Shown here: positions 50,803 through 53,630 of the stretch, one piece after another
How positions within the stretch are numbered: position 1 is the stretch's first letter
How the letters are laid out: the number at the start of each line of letters is the position of its first letter
Source of the DNA: Candidatus Omnitrophota bacterium
GTDB lineage: Bacteria > Omnitrophota > Gorgyraeia > Zapsychrales > Fredricksoniimonadaceae
Length of the DNA stretch: 53,630 bases
Direction: 5' to 3'
Assembly (NCBI GenBank): GCA_013285735.1
Contig: JABDGZ010000007.1
Location: 1-53,630, forward strand
Position numbers and translations under genes: made by a program
Notes under the pieces: model-generated
The model's input: only the letters and a program-made list of their open reading frames with translations
Databases searched by the model: none
Told to the model about the DNA's origin: nothing

Positions 50803-51401
50803 AAATTTTTATCCTTCAAAAGAAGTTCCAGATGAGTGGTGATGTCCTCAATCTCATGCCTGGCTTCTTCCAGACGGGCGTTGAGATAATTAAACGGGAT
50901 CAAAGCTATAATGGCCACACCAAGGCCGCAGGCGGTGGCGATCAAGGCCTGAGCAATACCTCCGGTAATAACGGTCGGGGCTTCAAGTTGACTGTTGCCC
51001 AACAAACCAAAGGCATGGATCATGCCGGTCACCGTCCCCAAAAGGCCTAGCAAGGGGGCTAAGGTAATGACTGTGTCAAGGACAGGCAGTCCTTGCGCAT
51101 GCTGTTTCAATTCTAAATTAGCAGCCCGTAACAAGGCATTGGTCAGAGAGGTCTCGCGATGACGCAGACCGTAGGTCAAAATGGTGGCCACACAGTCATT
51201 GCTTTTCTCTCCTAAACGTATGGCCTCTTCAATATGACCGGCCTCAACTTCTACAAATATCTTATCAACGATTTCCGGCTGCTTTAACCGGTGTTCGCGC
51301 CACAAAAACAAAAAACGTTCGATGACCACCGTCAGTGTAAATACCGACGTAATAAGCAACGGCCACATCACCGGCCCGCCTTTTAAAAATAAACTAAACA
51401 T
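50799..51401 (-). CDS. exbB: ExbB/TolQ proton channel
   Basis: GGPVMWPL, APLLGLLGTVTGMI and GIAQALIATACGL. Confidence 0.92.
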   Translation of the reverse strand: MFSLFLKGGPVMWPLLITSVFTLTVVIERFLFLWREHRLKQPEIVDKIFVEVEAGHIEEAIRLGEKSNDCVATILTYGLRHRETSLTNALLRAANLELKQHAQGLPVLDTVITLAPLLGLLGTVTGMIHAFGLLGNSQLEAPTVITGGIAQALIATACGLGVAIIALIPFNYLNARLEEARHEIEDITTHLELLLKDKNL

Positions 51402-51417
51402 TTAATTTCCCTCCCTG

Positions 51418-53556
51418 TTAGAAATCATATGTTACACCGCCATAAAATCCCCGGCGTGGACCATAGGACGGAGCAAAAACACCGACTCCGGAACCACTCC
51501 GTAACTCATAGACCTCATCAGCGACGTTAACAATATCAAAGCGGACCTTAATGTCGCTTTTGTTATTGATCTTAAAGGTATGTTCAATACCCAAATTAAC
51601 GGGATTATAAGAACCCACGCGTTTACCATTGGGAATGTTGTCGGGTTGACCGGGATCGCTGCTTTGACGCAACCCGCTGCCGAAAAGCAGATCAGCATAA
51701 ACTTTTGTATTATTCAACGCTGCATATCCAGTATTTTGAAACTCATACGCCACCCCGGAAGAAATAGTCAAGGCCTGGTCATGGTCTAAATATATCCAGT
51801 GATTGGCAACATAATTTAAATCAGCTTGAGAAAATTGAAATTGATCAGAAATCCACTGCTCACCAAGCGCATGACTCCAAGCAGCATTAGCGTAGCTCGT
51901 AAATCCCCCATTTTTATAATTCATCGTCAATTCAACACCGCTAACCTGGCCATATTTATAATTAAACGGTGTCACAATAGGAGCAGCATTAAACTGTCCA
52001 TCGTCCAGTTGATCTATCGCGGTTTTAAAATAACCATCCAAACCAGCCTCGAATTCAGGAGAAAATTGATGGGTTACACCTGCATCATAATAATTGGAAC
52101 GCTCTGATAGGTCAGGTGAATTTGTCGTAATCGCGGTTGCATTGGTTGTATTGTTAAAAATGGCAGGATTAAAATTTTGCTGCTCCTCAAGCGGCGGCGG
52201 GGTAAAATAACGGGCATATCCCACGTGAACCTTGGTTGCTGGATCAACTTCATAAACGGCATTAATACGTGGGCTTAACTGATACTCATTGAGATATTGG
52301 TAAGATTGATCAAAACGAGCACCGTAATTGATGGTCAAAGGGTCAAAGACCTTCCATTCATCCTGCAAATAAAGGCCATAGGTTTCTCCCTGCTTTTGAT
52401 TATTGCCATTAATCGATTCTTCAGGCCCGTTGACATTTCCACTACTATCTACAGGGAAAACCAAAGAATTACTCTCGTTGATAGCATCACTGATGGTAAA
52501 CATTGACCCTGCACGCAGAGTATGCTGCTCATTTAACTCATAACTGCTGTCGAACTCGAGCCCGTTAGTAAAGATACTGTCATTAATGGTCGATGCTACC
52601 CCATTGTATTCCAGATCGCCAATAGGATCTGCCAGATAATTAACCTCGCTGAAACGGGTAAAAGCCGAGAGCTGATAATTAAGTTTGTCTTCGGATTTTT
52701 GATATGCTACAACTCCATAAAAATTCTGTTCTATTTGACGGTCGTTGACATCCTGAGAAGGAATGAAAGGCAAAGGCAATGTACTGCCATTAGCTGTGAA
52801 CAGTGTTCCACCTGGAGCATTAGGAATTTGAAAATCACTGTGAGAAGCACCGAGCATGACACTAATACGGCTTTCATCATCGATGATTTTAGAGATATAG
52901 GCAAACATCTTGCCCTGCTGGGTCTGGTCATGGATCGCTGATGTACTATTCGTGTTATTATCAATACCAAGATTGTCTTCCAAATAGCTACCGGTGGTAA
53001 AATAATTAATTCCTCCCGGTGCAGGTCCTCCGTAACTAAAACTGGGGTTTACCTCTTTATTACTCCCGCCGTACATGGAAATGCTGCCGCCATTTTCAAA
53101 TACCCCGCTCTTGGTGTGAATATCCACGATACCTGCGGTATGAAAACCGTATTGAGCAGGCAGAGTTCCATCAATTAAAGAAACATTTTCCACAAAACGT
53201 GGATCAAGTTCAGCCCCAAAGCCAGTAAGTCCCTCAGGCAGCAAGACATCATTGATCCTGTATTGTAAATTGGCATGTTCGCCGCGAATATGCACTTGTT
53301 CCCATTGATCTTCAGCAACCCCTGGAGCTCTTAGAATGACCTGATCAAATGAGGTATTATCCCCCCGACTTTCATCGTCCATTTGGTCACTAGTAATATT
53401 AAAATCCGTAGCCCCAAGGCTGGGTTGAATGCTGTTGCGTTCCTGGTCCAATTGCCCGATAACATCAACTTCATTGAGTTGAGTTGATGATGTGTTATCG
53501 GCATATCCATTAATAGAGAACAAAGATAAAAAACAAACCAAAAACCATATCCACAT
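51418..53556 (-). CDS. TonB-dependent outer-membrane receptor
   Basis: Signal peptide, plug (APGV, HIRGEH, G...AQYG), YGLYLQDEW, LSPRIN and C-terminal YDF. Confidence 0.92.
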   Translation of the reverse strand: MWIWFLVCFLSLFSINGYADNTSSTQLNEVDVIGQLDQERNSIQPSLGATDFNITSDQMDDESRGDNTSFDQVILRAPGVAEDQWEQVHIRGEHANLQYRINDVLLPEGLTGFGAELDPRFVENVSLIDGTLPAQYGFHTAGIVDIHTKSGVFENGGSISMYGGSNKEVNPSFSYGGPAPGGINYFTTGSYLEDNLGIDNNTNSTSAIHDQTQQGKMFAYISKIIDDESRISVMLGASHSDFQIPNAPGGTLFTANGSTLPLPFIPSQDVNDRQIEQNFYGVVAYQKSEDKLNYQLSAFTRFSEVNYLADPIGDLEYNGVASTINDSIFTNGLEFDSSYELNEQHTLRAGSMFTISDAINESNSLVFPVDSSGNVNGPEESINGNNQKQGETYGLYLQDEWKVFDPLTINYGARFDQSYQYLNEYQLSPRINAVYEVDPATKVHVGYARYFTPPPLEEQQNFNPAIFNNTTNATAITTNSPDLSERSNYYDAGVTHQFSPEFEAGLDGYFKTAIDQLDDGQFNAAPIVTPFNYKYGQVSGVELTMNYKNGGFTSYANAAWSHALGEQWISDQFQFSQADLNYVANHWIYLDHDQALTISSGVAYEFQNTGYAALNNTKVYADLLFGSGLRQSSDPGQPDNIPNGKRVGSYNPVNLGIEHTFKINNKSDIKVRFDIVNVADEVYELRSGSGVGVFAPSYGPRRGFYGGVTYDF

Positions 53557-53630
53557 AAATTTTCCCTTTCAATATAGATAGAAATAATTTCTATTTACGG
53601 ATTAAAAAAAATTAGCACAAAATTGGCTAA

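Overview
Bacterial window, probably Gram-negative (TonB system present); the gene content tentatively suggests a PVC/Omnitrophota-like genome, which is inference only. The left half (~1.6-25.5 kb) is a visibly AT-rich composite genomic island next to the 3' end of an initiator tRNA-Met. It has a tyrosine integrase, an excisionase, an XRE-cupin regulator and an IS481-family element inserted between the tRNA and a downstream hairpin. The island cargo looks like conflict or defence modules: (i) a degenerate J-domain membrane protein, GrpE-like protein, Hsp70, Ser/Thr kinase, FHA protein, Zn-ribbon membrane protein and PD-(D/E)XK nuclease in one operon; (ii) a Bub-like ubiquitination operon (Ubl, E2, JAB-E1) under a divergent CapH/CapP-like pair; (iii) two divergent ~500-aa papain-fold proteins, each tightly coupled to a 59-aa ORF missing from the ORF track; (iv) an orphan GAPDH 3'-end fragment flanked by repeats that looks like an att relic. 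Arsenic-related genes sit at the left edge. The right half is mostly housekeeping and envelope genes: ftsB-like, eno, a candidate ~160-nt rod-shaped RNA before three pilin-like genes, an FtsH-like protease with two tandem AAA modules, purN, MFS, two TMTC-like TPR proteins (one frameshifted in a poly-T tract), tRNA-Thr, and a metal/envelope cluster (TauE, MbfA, UppP, CcsA/ResB, YceI, CNNM, SulP, TonB-ExbBD-TBDR). All calls come from reading motifs by eye; no searches were run.
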